Origin: Takakia lepidozioides
Lineage: Eukaryota; Plantae; Bryophyta
NCBI GenBank assembly: GCA_030704615.1
Contig: CM060732.1
Span: 12,524,001-12,588,000 of the forward strand
Direction of reading: 5' to 3'
Length of the DNA stretch: 64,000 nt
Shown here: positions 38,838 to 51,509 of the stretch, piece after piece
Layout: each line of letters opens with the position of its first letter
Numbering within the stretch: the first letter of the stretch is position 1
The notes under the pieces: generated by a model
What the model was told of the DNA's origin: nothing
What the model saw: only the letters and a program-made list of their open reading frames with translations
Databases searched by the model: none
Made by a program: the position numbers and the translations under genes

Positions 38838-40340
38838 TTTGGCAGTATCATGTCAAAGTCACTCCAAACTATCAAAGGTTCACTCAACCAGCTAACTTGC
38901 AGGATTCAACATGAAAATTTAGGGCCGATTCCGATAAGAGGGGAAAACAAGGTAAAGTATGTTGAAGAAGGTGCCTTGATTAGCAGTGACTGATTTTATG
39001 ACTTGTGCCGCTGCTGTTGTGGCTTCCAGTTGACCATGTACCCATGCAGGTTTCCCTTCCACAGGGAATCATAGGTAATCTGGAGCTTGAAATCCGACCC
39101 TCTTGGATGAATCTGGACCCACACTCTATCCTTGCTCCTTCAGCTATCCATGCGTTTGCACAAATCATGCATTCATCCTTGCACTTGCTGCTAGCAGATG
39201 ACAATGACAGCACAGAGTTGTTCTAGGAAACACCCAACTTAGCTTATCACTCTAGTTCGTATGCTGAATTGTGTTGGCTACTCTCTGTAATCTAACAGGC
39301 ATTCACCTTTTGGTCTCGATTGTCCCACCGTTGACTAGGGTCAGAAATGTATTCATTCCCCAGCTTCTCCTCATCTCTGTTACCTGTTTTTCGATACTTT
39401 CCTGTTGTCACATTGGCAGTATCATGTCAAAGTCACTCCAAACTAGATTCACTCAACCAGCTAACTTGAAGAATTCAACATGGAAATTTAGGGCCGGTTC
39501 TGATAAGAGGGAAAAAAAGGGTGAAATGTGTTGAAGAAGGTGCCTTCATTAGCAATGCCTGATTTTATCAATTGTCCCGCTGCTGCTGCGGCTTCCAGTT
39601 GACCATCTTCCCATGCAGGTTTGTTGTAGTTATCCTTCCACAGGGAACCATAGGTAATCTGGAGGTTGAAATCCGGCCCTCTTGGATGAATCTGGACCCA
39701 CACTCTTTCCCTGCTCCTTCACATACATCCTTGCCTTGTTGCTAGAAGCTGACAATGACAGCCTACAGCTGTTCTAGGAAACACCCAACTCAACTTATCA
39801 CTCTAGTTCCTATGCTCAATTGCATCTGCTACTCTTTGTAATCCAACAGGCATTCACCTTTTTGCTCGATTGTCCCAACATTGACTGGGTCAGAAAAGTA
39901 TTCATTCCACAACTTCTCCTCGTCTCTGTTATTTGTTTCTAGATACTAGTCATGTTGTCACATTGGCAGTATCATATCAAAGTCACTCCAAACTATTTAA
40001 AGTTCACTCAACCAGCTAATTTGCAGAATTCAACATTTAGGGCCGATTCAAATCAGAGGGAAAAACAGGGTGAAACGTGTTGAAGAAGGTACCTTCATGA
40101 GCAGTGTCTGATTTTATCAATCGTGCCGATGCTGCTACGGCTTCCAGTTGACCATCTACCCATGCAGGTTTCTTGTAGCTATCCTTCCACAGGGAGTCAT
40201 AGGTGATCTGAAGCTTGAAATCCGGCCCTCTTGGATGAATCAAAACCCACACTCCATCCCTGCTCCTTCAGCTATCCATGCCTCTCCACAAATCATGCAT
40301 ACATCCTTGCCTTGTTGCTAGCAACTGACAATGACAACCT
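38838..40340. repeat. Tandem triplication of a ~550-575-bp unit (third copy partial)
   Basis: GGCAGTATCAT.TCAAAGTCACTCCAAACT occurs at ~38841, ~39416 and ~39966. Paralogous ORFs at 39488-39703 and 40037-40252. Confidence 0.85.
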
Positions 40341-40490
40341 AGATTTCATGCAGCAAACACGACACCACATCTCGTTCAGCCATACCACCCAAACCCAGAA
40401 TTAGGACAGCACTCTGATTCCATCCACTGTCACCAAAGTCAGTCCAATATCACCCCTTCAGTCAAGTGCAATTATGGGCTGACTTCCCAC

Positions 40491-41198
40491 CTATGCTGGG
40501 TAGACCCCACTATCATTTCCCGTGGATATGCCAAAACCAATGGCCAGCTTCTCACTGTGGTGGCAAAGAGAAAATTCCTTTTCCTCCTCCCCCACATCAT
40601 GCAATACAAAGTTCCTGTCAGGCACATACCCCGCCTCCTTCATCTTCCCAGCCAATCTTCTTAGTTCGGCATGGATTTCCTTAATTATGGGATGCAACTT
40701 GTCATCTACAATGAAGGTGTGCACCCTGTTGCCAACGGCCTCAATGCAGCAGTGACCTGGCTCATTTCTAACCCCTTTAACCTTCATCATTTTTCTCACA
40801 TTTGCAGTACCATCCCACCTGCCAGCTGCAGTATAGATGTTTGAGAGCAACACATAAGTCGTGGCATCCTGTTCAACCCACATGAGGATAGATGTTGCTG
40901 CACGTTCAGCCATCTCCACATTGCCATGGATTCTGCAGGCACCAAGCAAGGCCTTCCACACCACAGCACCTGGATTTATGGGCATTTTATTAATCATGTC
41001 CACTGCCTCATCCGGTTGTCCCTCACGTCCAAGAAGGTCCATCATGTAGCCAAAGTGCTTTACTGTCGGAGTGACACCATGATCTTGACTCTAGGGAATC
41101 AGAGTAGCGTCTTCCTTCATTCAGTAGGCCAGTGTGGCTGAATGCAGAGAGAGAACACATATAAAGGTGATATTGCTCGGCTTCAAGCCGTTCTTTTG
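40491..41198 (-). pseudogene. 3' part of a PLS-class PPR gene: last repeats, E domain and truncated DYW domain
   Basis: KPSNITFICVLSAFSHTGLLNEG, WKALLGACRIHGN, TYVLLSNIY, PG box EPGHCCIE, GYVPD and HSEKLAIGFG. The sequence then diverges before CxxC/DYW. Confidence 0.88.
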
Positions 41199-41330
41199 GA
41201 GGTTTACTATTTCATGAGCAGAAACCATGAGCCATGAGCCATGAGCCGCATGAGCCGCATGAGCCATGAGCCGCATGAGCCGCATGAGCGGTGAGCCGAA
41301 GTCTAAGATACGCGGATTTCATGAGCGGAC
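41199..41330 (+). repeat. Left TIR and subterminal CATGAGC / CCGCATGAG repeats
   Basis: About 10 tandem CATGAGC units. Confidence 0.85.
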
Positions 41331-42074
41331 TCCTCCAAATTTGGAAATGCGGCAGATTAAACAAGTATTAAAATAATAGTTTTTTATTTGACCTTGCCAT
41401 TTTTGGACGTTCCAGATCATGTAATGCGGCGAAGATATGTCGTCAGTAACAAGTCCGCTCATGGTTTTATAGATCCGCTCATGGAAATAAGTGACTGTGC
41501 AACGGGAAATCCAGTATACCACTGCAAAAGGACGTCGCATACTGGCCTGTATAGAGTATTCCGCGGTTTTACATGCCTTAACATTGGAATGAAGCTGACC
41601 CTTTTGCCGCGATTGAACCAATGGAGTCTGCACCAATACAGTCTACAGTACTTCACAATTCTGTCTTCTTCGGGTATTCGGCGGGAAAGGTTTGCAACTG
41701 AACTGGGAAATAAGGTGCCGCATTAGGGTTCGCACGTGCGAAATTTCGGAACGGTTTGGTGTTGGCGAAGGCCGCCTCTACCAGTACCTACGACGATACT
41801 TGGAAATGCGGCGCCGCATTTCCTTGTCGGAGGTCGAATGAGGAAAGCAAGTTTTCGGAAAGCAGAAAAACATGAACCCTCCAACATACAAAAATACATG
41901 CACGTGGAAACAAGTGAACGATATAGTAATATCTTAGTTCGAGCAAAACAGGTTACTGGTAGGCAAGACATATGTCGGACCTTTCTGTGGCCAGAGTCTG
42001 AGGTACTGGCAGCAGTACAGTTCTACTATCCGAAAAGGATGGGCGTACCATTGTATTGGGACCGCAAGCCAAGC

Positions 42075-45000
42075 TCACTGGTCCCCTGGATCCATATTCA
42101 GAAGAGTGTGAACCTCCTGGGGGCTCAACCCTGGTGCATGTATGAAGTGATGAGTTGTGGAATTACAATGGAGTCTCTTTAGGTACACGTAGTACAAATG
42201 CTTGCAAGGGCAGTATGATGCCCCCTTGTTCGCCATGATCTGGAAGTCGGTGCAATTGCAGGTGGGTAATTCTGAAATGGTGATGGTGTACACCTCATTG
42301 CGAACAGCTGAGCCCGCCGTGGCCATCTGATACACACGCCCGAATCCTGGTGGGGGCACTTCTGTCGAGCTCTGGATTGTACAGTTCATCCGAAGTGCAT
42401 TCCCCATCCTTGTCTCGTTCACTTTTGAGGGAGGTCGCCGCCTCTTCGGTTTCCCCCAACGGTGTGTAGGATGCTTAGAGCTGTCGTGTCCCATTGTTCT
42501 TGCTCTCACAGGGGTCGGTGGTGGAGGCTGTGGAAGCGGAAATGGTTGTCTGGGGACGTCAGTGCGCTGCACCATCCGAAATCCTGCGGCGGTAAGGGCG
42601 TCGGCCTCAACCTGACTCAGATCGCAGCCTGGTTCCACCGGCCACACCGGGGGAGCCTCTGGCATTGTTTGTATGCCGTACTTGGGCTTTCCATACACGC
42701 AAGTCATAATGTCGTGCCTGCAGAACCAGAACTGGGTGGTTGTCGCCTCCGCAAACTTTGCATGGACAAATCTTCCTGTAAAAGTAGGAGCAGGGACAGC
42801 CCCATCTGGATTCCTCCTTATCATCTCTAAACAACGTTGTCGTGTATCTACACGAATTGCGGAACACCTTCCTCAAAACGATGGCTTTGTGCGAGCAATT
42901 CTCCACTGTGATGCAGACACAGTCGTCTCCACAATGGCTTGGCCATACTGCATAACAGCGGGCGGAATCTGGGGCAAGGGAGCGGTGGAAATTTCTCGCA
43001 CGAAATCCCCGGTTGAAGGCGACGGCGATCTGGAATTTCTTGGGCTTCCACTGCTGGAAGACACATTGTGCGGCAACATGACGGGACCTCGAGGTGCTGT
43101 CCGAATGTTCCTGTCGGATCTCCAGGAATACTCTTCGCACCCGGGTTCCTCTTCAATCCTCCGCCTGACAGGGCGAGTCCGGACGTCCCCCTCTAGGTGT
43201 TCACCTCTGCGGTGCAGAGGCGTCCCTTTGATCTTCTCTCGCAATGTTGTCGCCCATTTCACTGGATTCTTGGACCTCGAAGCTGTTCGTACCAACAATT
43301 CCTCCCTGTCCGGCCCAAAGCCCCATTGTTTGCCGCTCAGGAACTTGTAGTACGTGGCTTGCTGCATGATTGCTCTGTCGATGTCCTCCGTTGTGGCCGT
43401 CACTACGTCCACCAGATGTGCGGCAGAAGACGCTCGCCAGGAGGAGTGGACCGATTCTGCCATATTCGTGTTCGGCATGTCCGTGTCGGAATCCAAGCAC
43501 CGCTCCTAGAAGGACACAAACAATGGTGAGGGACCAATCGAAATGTCCGTAACAGAAAGACAAATGAACGAAAATGACAGCAGCCTACCTCCCGCATGTA
43601 CTGTCCGAACTGTCGATACCGAAAATGCCACCACCCCAACTAGCTGTGCAATGCTCCCAGATTGGTTGTCTCCACTGCACCTGACGTGTTCCACCAAGCC
43701 TCGATGATAGCAAACTTAAACTCCGCGTCATCAGATGTGGATGCATCCTTCCACGCCGTACAAAGGACACGGTGTTCAGCCTGGAATGAGCTAGCAACAA
43801 ATTTGGTAGTGTAGTGGGATAGACTCTGCATCCAATGGAATCCACAGGATCTCTCTTTCCCCTCCATTGGAACATTGGGGTCCTCACCGTACACACGCCG
43901 CACCGCTGCCCAGTTGGCCTGAGCGTTGTCTGCCATGAATCCCCTGAAATTGGGCTCTGGCAATCCCGCCCTTGCCATCTGCACGTTTATGCCCTCCCAC
44001 AGATGCATCTCGGACTGTGTGTCCTCCCCTTTCATCTCGCAGATTGCAATCGTCATGAGCCTCTTGGAGTGATAGTCATAAACATGCGCACCCATAGTCA
44101 CCCACTGATGGTTTGTAATTCGCTTGATGTGATCAAACATCACCCAAGCATTCGACAAGTTTCCAGTTGTCATGCGAGTGACCAAGTCGACTCCACTCCC
44201 AGGCCCACACGTCGACATTTTGAAAATGTAACAACGATCGGATTCGCTGCCTTGCCCTGGAAACCTGCTACCTTGGATGTAGTCATATCCAGTCATTTGT
44301 TTCACCTCCAGGATTGAGTGCATGTCCGACCCCCTGCCGAACTCCTGCTTGCAAGATACGATGTGATTCCGCACATTCGGACTACAAACGTGCGAGACGG
44401 ACTCCAAGAGGTCACGCATCTCGTCTTCGGTCAAGGGCTCTCGGTCGGAACCATCTTCAGACATGATTTTGCCAAGAGCAATCTTGTGGGCTGCCTTCAG
44501 CTGAATCTGCTTTGGTCTGGCTCCGGGGCTCAATTTCACCTCCTCTTTTATGATGTCGTGTGCTTCCTGCACAGCCTCACGCATGTTGCCTCTCGCCAAG
44601 GGGTGGCAGTGGACCCCAACGTGTATGCAAGCTCTAGTCAAGTCCGGGAGCAAATGGATAACGTAATATTGCTTGGCTCTGCACATGGACATGCACGTCG
44701 GTGGTTCTTTGCAATGTGCACACTTGAAAGAACCCGCAGGAGCTTGGCTGGAGACAATGAATGGATGATGCGTTGTGCCAGTCCAATCCGTCTCGTTTCT
44801 CCGCCCTCCTTTGGAGAGAAAGTGGAAGCAGGTGGGATTGAGGCACCTCAGCTTCCCCGCACAGAGGACATATCGTACACGAACACCATCAGCAATTTTC
44901 GTGCTACTGGTCTTCGTCACACACCAGGGGTGTCCGTCATGCTTTCGATCCATGTCTGTTAACATCCCGGAGGCTTTGTTTGACGAAGAAACAGGTGGAA

Positions 45001-45682
45001 ACTCGAAGATGACATTGCCATCGACTTCGGGAGGCAGAAACGTTACCTTTCTGACTGGGAATTTGGCATAGTCGAGAGCAGCCAGCTCGGAGCGAGAACC
45101 ATCGAGGTGATGTTGTCGTAGGAGCTGCACAATGGACCGGGTTGGAGTTATGCTCGAGGGCACATGCGTAGCACCTACAGAGACGTCCATGCCGGATTTG
45201 AACGACCGTGTGGAGGACATGGGTACCTCAATGCAATCATCTTCCTCGTCGGAAATGTCGAATACGTCCACACGAGAAGCTATGGAGGGTCTTGACGGTC
45301 CAGGTCGGGAATGATTATCGTTGCATACCTCTCTGTTGGCAGTGGCCGCCTGTCGGTTTCCGGACTCCTTTGTGGATGGTGTGGGCAGCGACTGATTCGG
45401 AAAGGGAATGGGCATTCCCACAGCTCGGTACAGGATGGTGTCTGATGGGGGTACGTGCCATTCGATTCCGCAACCTCCGTCGTTACCTAGCACGACAATG
45501 GTCTCGTCAACCTGTCCAGGAACATCCTTCCTTTCTTCTTCCAAATAAACTGTGCCCGGTTTGAGCTTGAATTTGGAACAAAGGTAAGTTTCAGTCACTC
45601 TGCAAAGTCCTCCCTCGTTTGGGATCCACGCTCTCCCAAGTTGCGGAGGACAGCAAACTATAGCGTAGGAATTCGGAGCCAT
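42075..45682 (-). pseudogene. Mutator-like DDE transposase: GCM-like domain, MULE core and C-terminal SWIM finger (one stop, frameshift)
   Basis: DRKHDGHPWCVTKTS..CAGKLRCLNPTC..CAHC..C..GVHCHP; MFDH, FMADNAQ, CGFH; intron ~43586-43508; NTNMAESVHSSW; SWIM CNCTDF..CPCKHL. TAG at 43640-43642 and a frameshift near 42870. Confidence 0.85.
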
Positions 45683-46097
45683 CGAACACCGCACGAAGTT
45701 GGCAAGTGCGAGGTTCAGTATAGCGACAGACGAAGGCTCACAGGCACCATGCGGAGTCCATCGACGATTGGAAGTCGCACATTGAAGTGGAAAGTATTGT
45801 TTCAAGCTACATGCATGAAGGTGGGAGGTTTGATTCCATAGCCAGTAAGTATGACAATGATGGCCGATTCGGCGACGAAATAACATCTCCTGACAGTTTC
45901 TCCTGAGGGTGGATCCAGCAGTATTCTCGGTGCAGACAGGAACGTTCGCACTGACAAGTGCCAGTACTGTTAGTTAAAACGGTCAGACAACCAAGTTGTG
46001 CTCATCAAGACTGGCCGCAATTGTGTTGTTTCGGAACAATGCAACCCATTCAGGTTCCAGATTTCCCGTCCCGAGTGATTCTTTCGATTGCTGGTGG

Positions 46098-47770
46098 ACG
46101 GAAATACGGCGCCGCATTTCCGTATTGCATCTTGGTCATGCACCAGAGCGACGGAAATGCGGCACCGAGTTTCCGTCCGGGGGAAACCTTTATACTCTCC
46201 AGAACGGAAATGCGGTAACGCATTTCCATCCAGCAAGCACGGTATGTGAAGGTGGAACGGAAATGCGGTACCGCATTTCCGTTCTGATTGAGAATTATGA
46301 ACAACGGGAACAGAAATGCGGCACCGCATTTCCGTCCGAGTCGCACTTTTCCGACATTCCAGAACGGAAATGCGGGCGCCGCATTTCCATTTTGTATCTG
46401 ATGCATGGAGCTGAGGGATAGAAATGCTGCAGCACATTTCCGTCCTCACAAGACATTCATACTCTCCAGAATGGAAATGCGGTAACGCATTTCCATCCAA
46501 CAAGCACGGTATGTGAAGGTGGAACGGAAATGCGGTACCGCATTTCCGTTCTGATTGAGAATTATGAACAACGGGAACAGAAATACGGCACCGCATTTCT
46601 GTCCGAGTCGCACTTTCCGACATTCCAGAACGGAAATGCTGCGCCGCATTTCCATTTTGTATCTGATGCATGGAGCCAAGTGCAATTCCGACCGCTTGAG
46701 ACAGCGCAATTCCGACCACTTGAGACATTCATACTATCCAGAACGGAAATGCGGTACCGCATTTCCGTTCTGACTGAAAATCGTGAACCATCGGAACTGA
46801 AATGCGGCAGCGCATTTCCATCCGAGTCGCACCTCCCAACATTCCAGAACGCAAATGCGGCACCGCATTTCCGTTCTGATGAAAAATCGTGAAAACATCG
46901 GAACTGAAATGCGGTACCGCATTTCCGTCGGAGTCGCACCTTCCGACATTCCAAAACGGAAATGCGGCGCCGCATTTCCGTTTTGTATATGAGGCATGGA
47001 GCTGTGGAACGAAAATGCGGCACAGCATTTCCGCCAGGGTCAGACCTTAATACTCTACAGAACGGAAATGCGGTACCGCATTTCCGTTCTGACTGAAAAT
47101 CGTGAACAACGGGAACAGAAATGCGGCACCGCATTTTTCGTCCGAGTCGCACCTTCCGACATTCTAGAACGGAAATGCGGCGCCGCGGCGCCGCATTTTC
47201 GTTTTGTATATGAGGCCTGGAGCTGTGGGACGGAAATGTGGTGCCGCATTTCCATCCATGTGAGCCTTCAAACTTCCTTTCCAGACCGGAAATGCGGCAC
47301 CGCATCTGTTGTATGGGACTCTATACTTTCCCGAACGGAAATGTTGCACGGCATTTCCGTTCATCAACTAAGGTATGTGAATGGGGAACGGAAATGCGGT
47401 ACCGCATTTCCGTTCACATTGAAAATCATGAACCACGGGAACTGAAATGTGTGTGCCTCATTTCGTCCGAATCGCACCTTTCGACATTCCAGAACGGAAA
47501 TGCGGCGCCGCATTTCCCTTTTGTATCTCATACATGGAGCTGTGGGACGGAAATGCGGCACACCGTATTTCTGTTCAACAACTAAGGATGTGAAGGTGGA
47601 ACGGAAATGCGGCCGCCGCATTTTCTTCCAACAAGACGGATGTGTAGCTTCGTGATGGTACTTAACGGAAATGCGGCGCCGCATTTTCACATTTTCACTC
47701 CAACTCATCAGACGCTGGGACGGAAATGCCTTGAAAAATGTGAACACGTGGAGCAACGGAATTGCGGCAC
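46098..47770. repeat. Array of ~30 palindromic 26-bp repeats (ACGGAAATGCGGNNCCGCATTTCCGT) with ~27-bp spacers, 53-bp period
   Basis: Dyad centres at 46110, 46163, 46216, 46269, 46322, 46377, 46430, 46483, 46536, 46589, 46642, 46755, 46808, 46861, 46915, 46968, 47021, 47074, 47127 ... 47400, 47506, 47559, 47613 and 47677. Confidence 0.95.
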
Positions 47771-48951
47771 ATGTCGGCAACTCGATCTGACTGAAGTGGC
47801 ATGAGGGGGCGCGGCCTGACCGTTGGATAATGATGTTTGTTTTTTCGGACGGCAGGCTTACCCTGAACGATTCGAATTTAATTTCGTAATGACGCACAAG
47901 TCCACGAGGAGACACTTTCGTCCCAACCCTTTCGAACCCAAGTGGTGCATCACACGCCGTTTCATCTACTTTTGTCGTGTCTCCTCAGTCACCCCTCTCG
48001 CGCCCTTTACATCTGCACTCTTTGCCCCTTTCCCTGTCTTTGTTCTTCTTATGCTCGAACCTAGAGGGGGGGAGTTCGTGCACCAAACAGGAGACCTCGT
48101 CACAAGCTCCGAAAATTATACTTCGGACCGTAGGCCAATGCCAAAGGGGAGGAAGCAGCTGCGTCTACAGGAGGAGGATTGCCATCTCCGAGCAGCAGGC
48201 CACTCAGGCAACACCCACCACCAGTGAGAGCTCCATGCGATCGGGCTGCGCCGCAGCTGATCGAGCACCGAACCCCCCATTTTGCTTCTGTAATTCTTAG
48301 ACTTAATGCTAGGAGACTTGAATGCAGGAACATGTTGGCATGCCTAACAGGAAAGGTGGACGTGCTGGAGGGATCGCAGGAATCCGAAGAGCCGCAGGAA
48401 GAGTCCGAGGAGCTTGCTGCAGCACATACACCCACCCGATCCCCGAGCGCGGGTATTCCTGCCGGGCTAGCCCTGTTCGTTTCAAAGACACGGCTTCGAA
48501 GGGCAAGTTCAAAGCCCCAGAGATCGACTCGCGTTCTTCGGTCATGGAGAATCGTCAGCAGGGGTCGGGCCATTCTCCCAGCAAAGTCAAAGAAGAAGCA
48601 GCCCGTCCCTCTACTGGTTTCTGAACCGGCTCAGGCCGATTCACCCCCCCCAACGCGAATGAAGCAGCAGGGTAAAAGACAGATTCAATTGCAGCAGACA
48701 CCTTCACGCTCACCCTGCAAGGAAGAGGAAGCAGAAGGCAACAGGGGCGACGGCCGAACAATCTCCCTCAAACAACCGCTTCCACGAGCTGAAGCTCAGT
48801 TCCTAGAGGATTTCCCGCCTACATACAGATGTTGGGTGGGTCTCCGTCTGCTTATCTGCTGTGCATCGAAGGCAGTGGGATCGACCGTTTTGTCGATTTG
48901 GTACCGGGCGTGTGCTGCCGCTGAACGTTCGCCAGCAAGACCTCACCACCG

Positions 48952-49830
48952 ATGAGCAAGCAGGCCCCGGAGGAGGCCTCTGCAATTGTCAACTTTCCCG
49001 CAAACAGGCCCCAGAGTGCAGCTCCAGTTGAGGATGCTCCAGCTGCTCAGCCACTACCGGCACCTACAGACATGTCTCCGGAGGATTTCAAAAGTGCACA
49101 AACAGCGGATAAAATGTTGGAGGAGACACACAGTAGCATTGGCAGAGTTCTGGGCAGCAGGGTTTCCAGTTGGACTCTTCGAATCCCACTTTGTCGCATG
49201 GTCTCCCTTCCCATCGTCAGGCAGGCCCTTCCCGGAGATGTGGATAAGCTCAAGTTCGCATTTCGAGAAGGGTACCGTCTGGGATCGTCAGCGTTTTACG
49301 TTTCCATTGAGAATGAGGCCGGCGAAACTCTTGGACGTGGACCCACTGCCGATGAATTGTCAACGTGGGATACCCACTGGCACACTCGCAACAACGAATT
49401 CGAGGCGACGCTGAAGGGGTGATCCAGACTTCGGCCATATGTCGGGAGTAAAATGTTCTTTGTGTGGGACGGGAATCCGACTTCTTGCTTGTGGGAGTAC
49501 ATCAAGCAGAACCATGCCAAGCACATTGGCTGGCATTACATGGTGGAGTGTGTCATCCTCAAGGTGAAGGCGGCAGACTCCCTCCCTCCTCCCTGCTCAA
49601 GAATGCCATGGCGGACCTCAACTCGTAAGATATTCATACCCTCCCTAGCACGTTCGAAATGCGGTGCCGCATTTCGGTTTCCATTTGGTTTGTTTCCGTG
49701 CTCCGTGTACTGAACTGGAGAGTGTGCCTTGCAGGGTCACTGAGAATGCGTACGTGCATACCCCCATGGCACATATGCTATACAGGGTGAGGAAAACTGG
49801 TTCACTGATCCGCAGAGGTTTTGCGGAAAT
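48952..49830 (+). pseudogene. Decayed accessory gene with ParB/sulfiredoxin-like domain
   Basis: IPLCRMVSLPIVRQALPGDVDKLKFAFREGY..FYVS, then MFFVWDGN. Restoring 3 missing nt at ~49477-49492 gives DGNHRLLAWWEY, the ParB/Srx GxxR motif. Probable intron ~49625-49733. Confidence 0.55.
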
Positions 49831-50810
49831 GCTGGAGCCCCCCCGCTCATTCAGAAAGCCGTTGCAAAAACAGACCGGACATGGTATCGTCTCACTATGG
49901 ATGGAATGGTGGAGGTGATCGACGCAGTAGTCGTCCTCCATTCCCTCTGCTCATCCTTCCCCAATTTCCAGTAATCTTCCACATGATCGAATGTAACGCT
50001 TCTGCATGATTTTGTTGGCAGTCAAACATCAAGCTGGATTTGGCCCATGCCAAACGCTTCTTCATGGAAAGTGAGGGGCAGGTGAAAACGTTGCAAGTCA
50101 TTGACTGAGCACTTGAAGGAAGCCGGTGTCAAGTCCAGAACAAATACAAGTCAAAGCTTGTGAAGCTGGTGGCAATTGCAGATCCGGCACTTGGAAAGGA
50201 CTTCATCCCCGAGATTGCAAAACCCTAATTCTCGGCCATGCAAGCCGACCATGCAATTGGAGAAACTGCAATCACCTCTCAACGGCATGTGTTGAGGCGA
50301 AAGAGAGGTGAGGTTTCATCAATGCACTGAATTTCCTTCCTTATCCTAGCAATAGCCAACTTCTTCCAGCTCCTGACTTGATCGGAATGGCAGACACGGT
50401 GCTACGGTGGCTGTCGATCTGGAATGCATCCGAGAGCATAAGGACAATTGGTCTTCGTTTCTCACACCTCGAATTTTCCGACCCTACACCCAGTGGATGT
50501 GTGGCTCAACAACCGCATGACTTGATGGTTCCAGGTATTCAAGGTACTTCCCAAAGTTCCCTTCGGTACTACTTCCCCAGATTTGCTTTTCTGACATGAA
50601 TTCCCCTGAACTTGCTACGTTAACAATTCCATTTGGGATCGCAGGTAATTCGAATGTGAAGGAGCAGTAGTAATGCAACACAAATTCGTTCCGGCTTTGT
50701 AACGTCAAATGGGATGGAACATAGACATTTGGCAAGACGACGTGACACGTTGTCAGATGTGCGTCAAAGACAACCTTTTGCCAGAAGAGCTACAACGGCA
50801 AGGAGCTTGG

Positions 50811-50915
50811 ATTTACACACTCAGGAGGGGCGGGGAAAGCTGTCAAAAATGCGAATTGTTTTACACACTCAGGAGGGGCGGGGAAAGCTGTCAAAAATGC
50901 GAATTGTTTTACAGT
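50811..50915. repeat. ~49-bp tandem duplication
   Basis: TTTACACACTCAGGAGGGGCGGGGAAAGCTGTCAAAAATGCGAATTGT occurs twice. Confidence 0.9.
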
Positions 50916-51293
50916 GAAGACGGACTGCCTTGCAGTATATGAAATACGTGCTCCTTCAGACAGGGCCCTGGCTCAAGAGCCCCCGTTCTCATGGCTTGGA
51001 CGTGGCGGGCCCAAGCTGTGTCTACAACACCTCGAGATGCAAAAACAATGGCATCCCCGCCATCTCGTTGATGCCCCTGGTACCTGGATATGTCTGGCGG
51101 TATTGGTTGACGAGTCTGAGAAAGATCTGCACCCTTGGCAGAAGAGAGAGAAAGGAAAGACGTGTCTCTGCTGGGCCCAAGTCGGCAAAAGAATCTGCTG
51201 CTCTGGAAGAATCCAGAAAGGCAGCTGAGATGGCACAAAAGACGGTGGATGCAGCGTGCAGGCCCAACAGAAGGGGTCGAAGAAGAGGACTCG

Positions 51294-51509
51294 CCGAAGA
51301 GGCGAAAAGGGCTCCCGAAAAGCAGTAGTCCAGTGTGTAATGAGAGTTTCTTGCGGCTTGGGAATAAGGAACGGGCAGCCAAGTTGGCCATACATGAAGA
51401 ACGAAGAGGCGAAAAGGGCTCCCGAAAAGCAGTAGTCCAGTGTGTAATGAGAGTTTCTTGCGGCTTGGGAATAAGGAACGGGCAGCCAAGTTGGCCATAC
51501 ATGAAGAAC
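51294..51509. repeat. ~107-bp near-perfect tandem duplication
   Basis: CGAAGAGGCGAAAAGGGCTCCCG...CATACATGAAGAAC occurs twice. Confidence 0.9.

Noticed and set aside
46098-47770. Bona fide CRISPR array
   Set aside because: Plant nuclear context, no cas genes, spacers recur in five classes rather than being unique, and the repeats are degenerate. Kept as a CRISPR-like repeat only.
45958-47915. Many overlapping ORFs on both strands (RTEMRCRIS, GNAAPHF repeats)
   Set aside because: Artefacts of a stop-poor palindromic array whose 53-bp period is not a multiple of 3.
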